From a virus, in the IMG/VR virus record IMGVR_UViG_3300021168_000001, positions 1-64,000 of that record: a DNA stretch of 64,000 bases, one strand, 5' to 3'. Every line of letters starts with the position of its first letter. Position 1 is the stretch's first letter. The notes under the pieces were generated by a model. The model saw nothing but the letters and a program-made list of their open reading frames with translations, was not told the DNA's origin and searched no databases. The position numbers and the translations under genes are program-made. Shown here one piece after another: positions 54,421 through 63,688 of this stretch.

Positions 54421-57381
54421 TCAGTTCGGAATCCCGTAATTATAGGTGCTCGTGTCTCCCGTCGCGCATATCACAGAAAATCCCACGCCGGGATTAGGTG
54501 TGGTCTGCGCCAGCGCGCCAGGCGTTCCGCCGACCGTCTTTATGCCGAACCATACGGTAGACGTCGCTGAGAAGTTACCATTTGTAACTCCGATCGTTCC
54601 ACCGCTGGTGCAGGTAAATGTTCCCACACGAGACGATGAAAGCGGCACAGTTGTGAATGGCTGGCGCGGTGTTATCCCATTGCTAAGAATATCAAGGCAG
54701 TCGGATACCGAGCCGTTACCACACTGGATCTCTACCCCATTAGCTTGTGCATTAATGCGGCCATTTAGAAGCTGAGCTGATGTATGGTATAGGTCGATAT
54801 GCGGATCAGTACTAGAACCCGGTAGCGATAGCCCTTGCGGAAAGGGTATCTGCGCCGTAAAGGCTGGATTTTCCTGAGGCTGTGAATTTGAAGCGTTGTC
54901 CTGCAGGGCATCATGATATCGGGTGCATACAGGGTCGCCTTGATTAAAGATCGACCAAATTATTCTATTCACGGTCCCACCGCTCCAGCCGATGATATCC
55001 AGAGTGGGTACACGCGGACCACAAAATATATCGCTACTTTTCACAGCGCCTTCTAACTGCGTCGCATTTCTATAAGGATCGTTGGTCCCAGTAATCGGTG
55101 TCGCACCCTCCGCTGATAGCGTGTGCATTGTTAAAGATCCTGCAACACAGCAGAATATGTTTCTACTGATCCCTTTAGCTAGTATCGTATCTATGGTCCC
55201 GCCTCCGGTCTCGCCGGAATCACGAGCAAAGATTCCCAGACCCAAAGAGCTGACTCCGGGGTAAGTGTGAGTGTTGGCGCCCTGCGGGATATTCATGGGA
55301 TGCCCTGTTTGCCGCTGGCTTATAGTTGCAGGGAACTTAGCTATCTCAAGAAAATCTGGGCTATTCCCGGAGCAGCCGGAACACCAAAAATACTTGTCAA
55401 ACCAATCATCCAACTTCTGTGAACCGCTTCCGGGTCCTCCATACGCCGGTAAACGTGGAATGATGTTGCGAGCACTAGTCGCATCAAAGAATCCGCCGCA
55501 TCCCAGGGGTTGATCGATGCGATGGCACCACTGCCCGCCGTTGATCCAGCTACCAAGGCTATTGAATACAAGATCAGAAGCAGTAAATCCTATATCCGTA
55601 GACTGGGTCCACATCCCCAGTCCACCATTAAATGTAATGCCTCCGATGTGGGAATAATTCGCATTGTTGATTACTCCGATGTCAAGAATGGCGTTACTAG
55701 CCGTGAAATACTGAAGATCTAGACCCACCACATAGCCACCGTAAATCCACGGTTGCAAGTTATCAAAGGTCTGGCCATCCCAAGTGCCAATGTCGGAAGT
55801 GGCGTTTCCCAATGTAGAGGATTCACCAACAAAGCTAACTTCCGATCCAAGGTAAACATTGACGGGGAATTGAGTCGGTGCGAGCGGAGTCATGTTGCTG
55901 CACTGCACCCATACCGGACTACCGGCTGTGTTACTGTTGCAGGCTCCGTGGTCACCGAAGACAATGGTAGGTGCCGTTACTCCGCAACCCGTAGCGTTGG
56001 TGCCGATCGTCATCGATGTGATTTGCCCGGCAGCGTTCGATGCCGCTGTTCCTTTGGCGACGATCGGCACCCAGCCGGTGCCGATAAACCCGATGGTATT
56101 GCAAGTGCTGCTGCCTTTAACCGCATAAAAATTAATGGCTGACCCAGAGCTTGGCACGTATCCCGAGCCGCCAGCACCGACGCTTGGCGTTGTAATCGCC
56201 CCGCCTGATGTCGTCGTGGTAGCGGTCGCGCCGTCTCCTCCGACAGTTACTATGGTCGCAGTTGGCGGAGATGAGTAGTTGTATCCGCCAAAGACCACGG
56301 AGCACGACGCAATATGACCACCGCTGTCGCTCGTGGCTGTAATGTAAGCCTGATTTCCGCACTGAGCGCTGCCGTTGCATCCCCCGGTGACAATGGTGCG
56401 CATCGTTGAATTGATGGTGTAACCAGAGCCGGAAGATGTCACAGCGCAAGACGAAATTACGCCATTTGTACCTAGTGTAGTTGATAGTGTTCCTCCGGTC
56501 CCTCCTCCTGCCTGGCCATAGCCGCCATCATCAGAGGCACCAGTGAGAACGTAATAAGGAGCCGTCGCCATCAAATACTGCCCCGGTGGCTTTATGCATA
56601 TGCCACCGGTCGCCGGAGAAACAAACGTTGCCTGCGCACATGCAGCGAATGCTGGGGAGTTATCCGTGCCGTACCAGAGATTGCCAGTGAAAGAGTTGAG
56701 GGCGGTTTTGTTCAGGACGACGTGAGTAGCATCTGTGACCGACACTATTTGCGCCGTGTTGTTCGTGGTCCATCCTGAAAGCGGAGTAAATGCTATATTC
56801 GCGAATGGCTGCGCGGTTGGAGCACCGATTGTTGCGAATTTCCCGATGTCTGTTAAGCCGCTGAAGTTCGTGTTGGTGCATGTGAGCGTAGTTCCCCCCA
56901 CGGTCATAGAGCACGTGAAGTAACCCGACGCGCTCCGCTGAAGCGCGTCGCCAACCGCTCCATAGGCGGTGACCAGCTGGGTGGCCTTGCATGCGTTGGC
57001 ACTACAGGCTTGATGGACCGTAGGGAGGTCGCTCCCCAGGTTAAGTTGATGAGTCGATGGGTTGATCGTGATGCTGGGATCGCCCTGGAACGAAGTCACC
57101 GCATTGTTGGCGAAGTTCACGGCAAACGCTGGCCCGGCAGGATTAGATGCTGTACCTCCATTCGAAGTCCATCCAGAACTCGAACAGAAATAGCTCAGAT
57201 TGTTCGTAGTATCCGCATATGGCTCACCATAATTTACTGATGTGCAAGGTATCGTCGGCGCACCGCTACCACTCACCTTGACCCACTTTACCTGTGTGTG
57301 CGGATTGATGGCCTGCTGGCCTACGCCATCAATCCACGAATTCCAACACACCAACAGGATCAGTATTAACGCTCGACGCAT
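54421..57381 (-). CDS. large signal-peptide-bearing, Cys-rich fibre/spike-like protein with pectin-lyase-like beta-helix start
   Basis: MRRALILILLVCW.. signal; AYGAVGD..GTDNSPAF..PPG.Y; G.GY..P repeats. Confidence 0.72.
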   Translation of the reverse strand: MRRALILILLVCWNSWIDGVGQQAINPHTQVKWVKVSGSGAPTIPCTSVNYGEPYADTTNNLSYFCSSSGWTSNGGTASNPAGPAFAVNFANNAVTSFQGDPSITINPSTHQLNLGSDLPTVHQACSANACKATQLVTAYGAVGDALQRSASGYFTCSMTVGGTTLTCTNTNFSGLTDIGKFATIGAPTAQPFANIAFTPLSGWTTNNTAQIVSVTDATHVVLNKTALNSFTGNLWYGTDNSPAFAACAQATFVSPATGGICIKPPGQYLMATAPYYVLTGASDDGGYGQAGGGTGGTLSTTLGTNGVISSCAVTSSGSGYTINSTMRTIVTGGCNGSAQCGNQAYITATSDSGGHIASCSVVFGGYNYSSPPTATIVTVGGDGATATTTTSGGAITTPSVGAGGSGYVPSSGSAINFYAVKGSSTCNTIGFIGTGWVPIVAKGTAASNAAGQITSMTIGTNATGCGVTAPTIVFGDHGACNSNTAGSPVWVQCSNMTPLAPTQFPVNVYLGSEVSFVGESSTLGNATSDIGTWDGQTFDNLQPWIYGGYVVGLDLQYFTASNAILDIGVINNANYSHIGGITFNGGLGMWTQSTDIGFTASDLVFNSLGSWINGGQWCHRIDQPLGCGGFFDATSARNIIPRLPAYGGPGSGSQKLDDWFDKYFWCSGCSGNSPDFLEIAKFPATISQRQTGHPMNIPQGANTHTYPGVSSLGLGIFARDSGETGGGTIDTILAKGISRNIFCCVAGSLTMHTLSAEGATPITGTNDPYRNATQLEGAVKSSDIFCGPRVPTLDIIGWSGGTVNRIIWSIFNQGDPVCTRYHDALQDNASNSQPQENPAFTAQIPFPQGLSLPGSSTDPHIDLYHTSAQLLNGRINAQANGVEIQCGNGSVSDCLDILSNGITPRQPFTTVPLSSSRVGTFTCTSGGTIGVTNGNFSATSTVWFGIKTVGGTPGALAQTTPNPGVGFSVICATGDTSTYNYGIPN

Positions 57382-57399
57382 TCGATTCGATTCCTCGTT

Positions 57400-57945
57400 T
57401 TAGTTGTTGTATTTTATTGAGATCGTTCCGCCAGTGCAGATGAGGCGCCACCCGGCCGCTGCGCCGCCGCGGCCACCTCCGCCTGACGAATAGTAGTATG
57501 TGAAGTTCAGCGACATGGAGCCGGAATAGCTCCCGCCATCGCCATCGTTCGTGTCTCCGGAGAACGTCGTCACCACCGTCGCCGGCGCACTGATGCTTAC
57601 CGGTCGCCCATTATTGGTGCCTGTAAAAGTCGCATAGGTCTCGGAGTCTCCGGTTACATGCGCTTCGTCCAGGTCAGCGACATTGTTCCAGACGATGAAT
57701 CCGGTACCGGCGTTATAGCCAGTCAGGTATGTGTCGATCCAGAATGTTCCGCTGGGCTGCCCATTGATCGCGACCGGGATCCCATAGCAGTAGAGCGGGC
57801 TGCTGTCACGGCCGCAGTTGAAACCACCCTGTCCAACGTTGAGTGTGATTGGAAGTTGCTGCCCAGGAACCTCATCCTGCGCCAAAACTAAAGTTGGAAG
57901 CATACACAGAATTGAAGCGAGTGCTGCAAAGCGTAGCAGTTTCAT
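57400..57945 (-). CDS. secreted beta-rich protein
   Basis: GGAG RBS; MKLLRFAALASILCMLPTLVLA-Q; start corrected to 57945. Confidence 0.7.
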   Translation of the reverse strand: MKLLRFAALASILCMLPTLVLAQDEVPGQQLPITLNVGQGGFNCGRDSSPLYCYGIPVAINGQPSGTFWIDTYLTGYNAGTGFIVWNNVADLDEAHVTGDSETYATFTGTNNGRPVSISAPATVVTTFSGDTNDGDGGSYSGSMSLNFTYYYSSGGGGRGGAAAGWRLICTGGTISIKYNN

Positions 57946-58056
57946 TTGGTTCTTTCTCCCGATTGAAATTTTGAATCCGGTTTGAATAAAGCATGCGCCA
58001 AATGCGCGATATCGCCACAAACTATGGTCATGATTCCAGTTAATCGATCATTCGTT

Positions 58057-59391
58057 TCACGCCGCCAAGAGTCGATAATCCGAAAACACTTCTTCAACCC
58101 CGTACCGCAGCGCATCGCACCCATGGTCGTTCGTTTTTATCGGTGCCTCTTCGCCGCGCTTAATCGCGTCCGGATCCCACATATACGACGGCAGTTCGCG
58201 AATCAGCTCTTCGCATTCGGCACTGATCCGAATCCGTCTTTGAGTAAGCACGCTCGAGGTCTTGCGGATCCCATCGAGCACATCGTTGTTGGCATCCACT
58301 ACCCAGAGATTTGCAGCTGACAACTCATTGCGAAAGCTGGCGGCCGAAGGATCGAGAACGATGCGCGGCTGGCTGCGCCGTTGCACGCGCGATACACTCA
58401 CAATGCCGGCTGTGTTCTTGTAGCCGTCTGGACTAAGCCAGCAAACGATGTCGTCTTTGTACTGCGAGTCTGTCTTTTGACGCATCTCCTTCGCGGAGTC
58501 CCACCAATACTGACGATCGATCCAAAGCGTCTTGCCGTCGTCAATTGCCTCGAGCGCCGTGCACGGGTTGGCCGTGCCATAGTCCATGAAGACGATGTGG
58601 TCGACATAACCGCCAAATCCATAGAGCCCTGGCCCGATCTCTTCAGGGTGGTAAATCAGATCGGATGACCAGGCACTGCCATAGATTGCGCCTTCGGCTG
58701 CGACCCATCGGCCGAGAATGTAACGCAGAAAGAAGACGCCGCTTTGCGAAGCTTTGATCGTTCGCTTTGAATTCGGGTCCAGGTTCGGATTGTCGTCCAG
58801 CGTGAACTCGATGTGCGTTAGGTCCGGCTTGAAGCTTTTGCCATCGATGACTTCGGTCTTCAGGTAGTGCGTCGGCGGGCCCGGGTTTGTGGTTCCGTAG
58901 AACCGCGATCCTTTTGGCGAAAGCCGCTGCATCAGAACAAAGAAGAAGGACCGCGGCCACTCGATCACCTCATCCCCGATCGCAACACCAATCGTCATTC
59001 CCAGAATGTTCGTGTATGACGCCTCATCGTTGGCGCCAATCACGAACCATTGAACTCCGGCGCCGTTCTCACCCAGAAACAGCCAGAGCTCACCGGTTGA
59101 CTGATTGTAGGAGTACTTGTCTTTACCGATGATTTCGAACAGGTCGATGAGAATGTTCTTGTGAACCTTGCCCTTCGACTTGCCGATAATGACGCGCCGG
59201 CCCTCCACCTTGTATCGGCAGAGGTGAAGAATCACCTTCGCTGTAACGGCCCAGGTCTTGGCGGACCGGACGGACCCGACAAGAATGTTGTACTTTCTGT
59301 CGAGCTCGGGCGGGTGCATGATGAACGCGTGCGCCTTGCGTCCGAACTGTTTAACTTTTTGTACAGGAGCAATCGACGTCCCGGTTGCCAA
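58057..59391 (-). CDS. terL: terminase large subunit (PBSX-like)
   Basis: GSVRSAKT, AIGDE, GTTNPG.P.HYLK, F...DNP.L, G.WV.AEG..Y, DYG..NP, DPSAASF, DH..DALRY. Confidence 0.95.
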   Translation of the reverse strand: MATGTSIAPVQKVKQFGRKAHAFIMHPPELDRKYNILVGSVRSAKTWAVTAKVILHLCRYKVEGRRVIIGKSKGKVHKNILIDLFEIIGKDKYSYNQSTGELWLFLGENGAGVQWFVIGANDEASYTNILGMTIGVAIGDEVIEWPRSFFFVLMQRLSPKGSRFYGTTNPGPPTHYLKTEVIDGKSFKPDLTHIEFTLDDNPNLDPNSKRTIKASQSGVFFLRYILGRWVAAEGAIYGSAWSSDLIYHPEEIGPGLYGFGGYVDHIVFMDYGTANPCTALEAIDDGKTLWIDRQYWWDSAKEMRQKTDSQYKDDIVCWLSPDGYKNTAGIVSVSRVQRRSQPRIVLDPSAASFRNELSAANLWVVDANNDVLDGIRKTSSVLTQRRIRISAECEELIRELPSYMWDPDAIKRGEEAPIKTNDHGCDALRYGVEEVFSDYRLLAA

Positions 59392-59399
59392 CGGTCAGC

Positions 59400-59558
59400 C
59401 TACAATCCTTTGTGCCAGCGCATGCGCCGCTTGAATTCGCGATCCTCGCGAGCTTCTTTAATCCAGTTGGATATCCCTTTTGCGACTAGCCAGACAATGT
59501 ATCCAGCCGCGACCGAAGCGATCGCATAGCCAGCCAGCCGGATATCGCCGATCGACAT
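59400..59558 (-). CDS. small membrane protein (52 aa, below the ORF-track cutoff)
   Basis: One TM then a basic tail. Confidence 0.45.
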   Translation of the reverse strand: MSIGDIRLAGYAIASVAAGYIVWLVAKGISNWIKEAREDREFKRRMRWHKGL

Positions 59559-59576
59559 TCAGAAAATGTAAATGAT

Positions 59577-59996
59577 TTATCGTGGTTGCGTTAGTAGTTG
59601 TCCGAGCGAAGTACCTGAAGCCGGATTGATATACGGTATGCTACAGCCGAACATCGCAGGCTTTTGATTCGAGTCGACAACAGGAACGATGAAGCGGAAA
59701 TCCTCGGAGTATTGGAATCGGCCTCCATCCCATCCATCGATAAGTGGCATGAACTTTCCATTGATCATGATGGCTGAGGCTGAGCCTGTCGTTTCGGTAG
59801 CCGCAAGATGCCTCGTCCTGATGGTGTCGTTGAATTTCCTGATCTGCTCAGCTATCTCGATCTGCTGCTCATAGAGACGTTTGGCTTCGGCCGCCTCGGC
59901 TGGCGTCAATTGAATCACCTTCGCCGACTGCGCTATGACTGTGGCCACAAGCATGCACAGAAACATGAGTGCAACGATCCGACGTAGTTCTTTCAT
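59577..59996 (-). CDS. secreted hypothetical protein
   Basis: MKELRRIVALMFLCMLVATVIA-Q signal peptide. Confidence 0.65.
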   Translation of the reverse strand: MKELRRIVALMFLCMLVATVIAQSAKVIQLTPAEAAEAKRLYEQQIEIAEQIRKFNDTIRTRHLAATETTGSASAIMINGKFMPLIDGWDGGRFQYSEDFRFIVPVVDSNQKPAMFGCSIPYINPASGTSLGQLLTQPR

Positions 59997-60136
59997 TGGA
60001 CAGTCCCACCTATCGCTTCAAGCGATGGCGCGCGCTCCACGTATGTTGATTGACGAGGATCGTAGCCATACGCGTTGTTGTAGGCGAGAACTTCGATGTC
60101 GCCTGAACCGTCTGAAGTTTCGCGCCACGCCAAGAA

Positions 60137-60915
60137 CTATTGCCTACCGCAATTCCAAGTGATCCTGTGCCATGCATGCATTTCCTCGGCGGCCTTGGGG
60201 AACACTGGCTTAGGCAAGGCCACCGGAGCGAGTGTTACATGGATGAGGTCCTGGCACTGGTCGCACTGGTAAGTGTTCGGGTCCTCATTGTTCACGACCT
60301 TCGTCAAATTAAGATGTTCGCATTCCATCCCGGCGCGCTCCGATCAGAGTCCCAATGTTTTGCCGGCGCTGTCGGCCATTGGCTTTTCATCTTCATTGTC
60401 GCTTTCGGGCCAAAAGTTCCCGAGGCAAGCGCGAGCAAGTTTAACCACCAGCGCCATGAATGCAACGAAGCCTACGATACAGCAGAGAGTAACTGGAACC
60501 ACGAAGTTGATCTCCAGGTACTCCTCCCACGTCATCGGGTGGCCGGTCATTTGCGATCCAGAGCTAAAAGCTCTTTGTCAGATCCACGAAATTCGACCAG
60601 TTCACCAAGTGCAACGACCGTATCGTTGAATGCTTTGGCCGCTTCCTCACTCACGCCTATCATGAGTTTGGTATTTTCTCCATGGAGACAAATCAGTTCG
60701 CGTACCCTTTTCATCGCTGATTATCATTGCCTGCATCCTTCGGCGACTTCTGCTTTCTTGCTATGACAGCTGCATGTGCAGAACGGTCCAGGAACTCCAT
60801 GCCTTGCTCTGAGGTGCCCGCTGCACTTCTTGTGTTCACTGCGCTTGCAGGTTGAGCTCGGATTGCTGCCGGGTCGGAATTGCTTTCTTAATCCCGGATA
60901 CGGTCCAGGCTTCAT
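60137..60915 (-). other. run of small ORFs (60137-60328, 60344-60550, 60547-60714, 60724-60915)
   Basis: Packed or overlapping small ORFs, two Cys-rich and one with a TM. Confidence 0.5.
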
Positions 60916-61460
60916 CCTGCCATTCTTTCCAGCTGCTCGATCGGATAGTTCTGCTCACACACCGTGCAGCGCATCATTGTCGGGCCCCACCGCTTCAGTT
61001 TACTGCGACACCGAGGACAGGCGTTCACTGGTTTAGCCTTCTTCGGGATCGGCGGCGGAACGAGCGGGGCAACCTTCGGCGATCGGTGGAGGTTAGGTCC
61101 GATTCGAGTCTGCTGCCCCGTGCGCTCGATCGACTGCACTCGCCGCTCGTGGCCAGCAGCAGCGCGGTCGATTTTTGGCTTCATGGGCCGGGATCCACCA
61201 CGACTCCCGGCCCGGCGTACTGCTTTTGTGCGGGATGGGCTGGTAGTCCCCAACGCGATACTGCTGCGCCCAGCCTCGAGGGATGGCTTCCGGCCGGTGG
61301 CCGGCTTTAACCTGCGCGCGATCTTCGTTACTCGCGCTTTTGAAAGAACCCCGATGCAATAGTCCCGCAACGTCAGGCCCTTCTTCGTGGCGTTGGACTT
61401 CAGCTTCTCCATCAAAGCTGGTGAGACATTGCGAATGTTCAGAGCACGATCGCCGCCCAT
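60912..61460 (-). CDS. ribbon-helix-helix protein with basic linker and C-terminal Zn ribbon
   Basis: LNIRNV...LM.KLK..A...G.TLRDY; CPRC..CTVC. Confidence 0.7.
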   Translation of the reverse strand: MGGDRALNIRNVSPALMEKLKSNATKKGLTLRDYCIGVLSKARVTKIARRLKPATGRKPSLEAGRSSIALGTTSPSRTKAVRRAGSRGGSRPMKPKIDRAAAGHERRVQSIERTGQQTRIGPNLHRSPKVAPLVPPPIPKKAKPVNACPRCRSKLKRWGPTMMRCTVCEQNYPIEQLERMAG

Positions 61461-61486
61461 GCCAAAGATGTTACATCATCACGAAC

Positions 61487-61514
61487 AAAAGGCGCTCCAG
61501 AAAAGAGCGCCTTT
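61487..61514. terminator. intrinsic terminator (bidirectional shape)
   Basis: AAAGGCGCTC-CAGAAAA-GAGCGCCTTT. Confidence 0.75.
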
Positions 61515-61612
61515 CATTCTGCCTGTTGCGTTGTAACGTACCTATCAGAGGTGTCCCGAGGCCGGATGCCTCACTCGTTTGTCTGAGTGCTGGGTCCGGC
61601 TTGCTCACGATT

Positions 61613-61873
61613 TTAGCTTATGTTGATGTTCACCGTGTTGGAGAATCGCTGCTCGCCTCCCTCACCAGTCCAGGTGTTCATTGATCCAAAGGCGCTAACA
61701 GTCACCTCGCGAACCGGGCTGTTGCCTGCGAGAGAGTCGGCGATCAGTGCGCGTGCCTTTTGCTTGATCGTCTCTTCCGGCTCCAGGAGCGTGCTCATCG
61801 ATTCGAACTGCCGCTCGATCTGCGTGGCCGCTTCGTCCGACTTCATCCCGTTACAACTTACGCTCCAACTCAT
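61613..61873 (-). CDS. hypothetical protein
   Basis: GGAGG RBS, ATGA overlap with terS. Confidence 0.6.
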   Translation of the reverse strand: MSWSVSCNGMKSDEAATQIERQFESMSTLLEPEETIKQKARALIADSLAGNSPVREVTVSAFGSMNTWTGEGGEQRFSNTVNINIS

Positions 61874-62316
61874 TCCGAACCTCCCGAGCCACCGGTACCA
61901 TCGGCCGGCTCACTGGTTGTTACATCCGTTTGTGCCTCGCCAGATTCCGCTGCTGGCGCCTCTTCGTCCTTCGGCGGCTCCGCGGCCGGCCCGGCCATCA
62001 ATGCCTTGAAGAATCCCTCGAGCTGGTCTCCCAGGCCCGTCTGCTTCCGCCCACCCTCATCACTCTGCCCCAGGTGCTGCTTCCCCAACCAGATCAGCAT
62101 CGTCGGGTTCTTCTTGTTCACACCCACATCGTACTGAGCTCGCTTGATGCTGGACTTCATTGTCGACCAGCCGCGCTCAACCTGCTTTTTGTATTTTCGG
62201 TGCAGCGTGTCTGCCGAGCAATCCAGCAGTTGGCCAATTTCCTCGAGGGTCAGACCGATCGAGGCAGCGGCTTCAACTTGCTTGGGATCGATGTTTGGTG
62301 TTGGTCGGCGACCCAT
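61870..62316 (-). CDS. terS: terminase small subunit (HTH type)
   Basis: GR.P, G.T.EEI...L..S..TL, N.TMLIWLGKQ.LGQ.D; upstream of terL. Confidence 0.75.
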   Translation of the reverse strand: MGRRPTPNIDPKQVEAAASIGLTLEEIGQLLDCSADTLHRKYKKQVERGWSTMKSSIKRAQYDVGVNKKNPTMLIWLGKQHLGQSDEGGRKQTGLGDQLEGFFKALMAGPAAEPPKDEEAPAAESGEAQTDVTTSEPADGTGGSGGSE

Positions 62317-62553
62317 TCACGTAGCAACTCGTTCCTTTCCGCATTTGAATATTGGGGTTTAAGTTGAGCGGGGAAGCGAGTTTGAAAAGAAGAAATGGGG
62401 AGAGAAGAGGTGTTATGGGGCTAAATTTTCAATTGCTTATCGCTAAATCCGCTGAGGTTTTGAGAGGTGATTGTTACATCAGGAAGGAATCTAAGTTGTT
62501 GTTTTCATTGTTATTTGTTTTTTGTGAAGACGCGCGAGCGGTCTCACCGCACA

Positions 62554-62910
62554 CTACGCGTGCGCTGGCCGTCGAACGAGTAGTCCGTAACCGGACCAAC
62601 GTTCAATCTGGAAACGAGATGTCTGGGAGTCTGGGAAGTTCATTCCTGCCAGGCCCAAAGAATCGTTGCGCGTCAGAGAACACGCTGAGTCCGGCGAATT
62701 GGAAGGATCTGGATGTAGTTTAGGTAGGGCGCTGTATTGATCGCCCATGAGTTTGAAAATCAGTATGGTCTGGCCTTTGCGCGGCACCGCCGACCGTTTA
62801 ACAAGCCCTTGTTCTGCAAGCACTTCGTAGACTTCCACGTCGGCTTCAGATAGACGCATCATGAACTCGCCCGCGGCGTTACGCAGGACAGCAGAAGCTA
62901 TTTTTGGCAA
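62554..62910 (-). CDS. hypothetical protein
   Basis: GGAG RBS, TTG start, downstream of a promoter. Confidence 0.55.
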   Translation of the reverse strand: MPKIASAVLRNAAGEFMMRLSEADVEVYEVLAEQGLVKRSAVPRKGQTILIFKLMGDQYSALPKLHPDPSNSPDSACSLTRNDSLGLAGMNFPDSQTSRFQIERWSGYGLLVRRPAHA

Positions 62911-62985
62911 TGGGTCTCTCCAGTTCTGGCGCGGTGGAATCGCTCCGCGAGTGCGCTATTTAGGGAAGGACGACAACTGCATGAA

Positions 62986-63013
62986 AGAATAGCGGTTTTG
63001 TTCCCTTTGTCAA
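62986..63013 (-). promoter_or_regulatory. sigma70-like promoter facing the late arm
   Basis: TTGACA-N16-TATTCT. Confidence 0.65.
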
Positions 63014-63448
63014 TGCACTGTTCGCGCGACAGGTTCTCAAGAAGGAAACTGGTTACCAGCCTCTACCGGGATTTACCGGAGATGGAAGCGGTATCTGGCA
63101 ATGGAATTAAGTGTATTTAACATCAATAGTTTGAATATAGATATCCATTAAATTTCCACAGATTTATAAACCGACATTTACCGGGGAATTCCAGGATGTA
63201 ACATCATGTGACGATAGTCACATCTGGCAAGAACAAGTTAGCATCACTTTACATGGCCCACCCGTGCGGAGAATGAAGGGCACGTCGATCCACTGGCGTG
63301 CCGTGCCCTTCTTCTCATCGCGGATCGTCACAAGGCTAGAGCAAGGAGTTGCAATCGCCCGGAGAGCAAGGAGCTCGCAAGCCGCTCTCGCGTTCCTGCC
63401 CATCTTCGCTCCTCGAGTGGGCAGCATCCCTCGATCCGCGAATTCCCT

Positions 63449-63688
63449 TTATAATCCCATTTCAATGGGTACCAAAACAGAGCGGTTGTGGATCTCACCA
63501 TCTTCCACCGGTTCCAGCCTTTCCAGATTCCTGTGGTGACAGCACGACACGACTCCATCACGCAACCGCTTGACCTTGACAGAATCGCAGTAACCCAGAT
63601 TGTTATAGATCCGCAGCACCTGGACCTCGAACGGGTCTGGTCCTCCTCTGTAAATCAGGATATCGCCGACATTTGGAAAGTCGATCAT
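63449..63688 (-). CDS. hypothetical protein
   Basis: GAGGA RBS before MIDFPNVGD. Confidence 0.45.
   Translation of the reverse strand: MIDFPNVGDILIYRGGPDPFEVQVLRIYNNLGYCDSVKVKRLRDGVVSCCHHRNLERLEPVEDGEIHNRSVLVPIEMGL

Noticed and set aside
59993-60328. The frame stays open after the TAG at 60137-60139 through to an ATGA overlap at 59996, suggesting amber recoding
   Set aside because: TAG is a normal stop for conserved genes here (tube, terminator, baseplate). A nonsense mutation or a TTG restart explains it more simply
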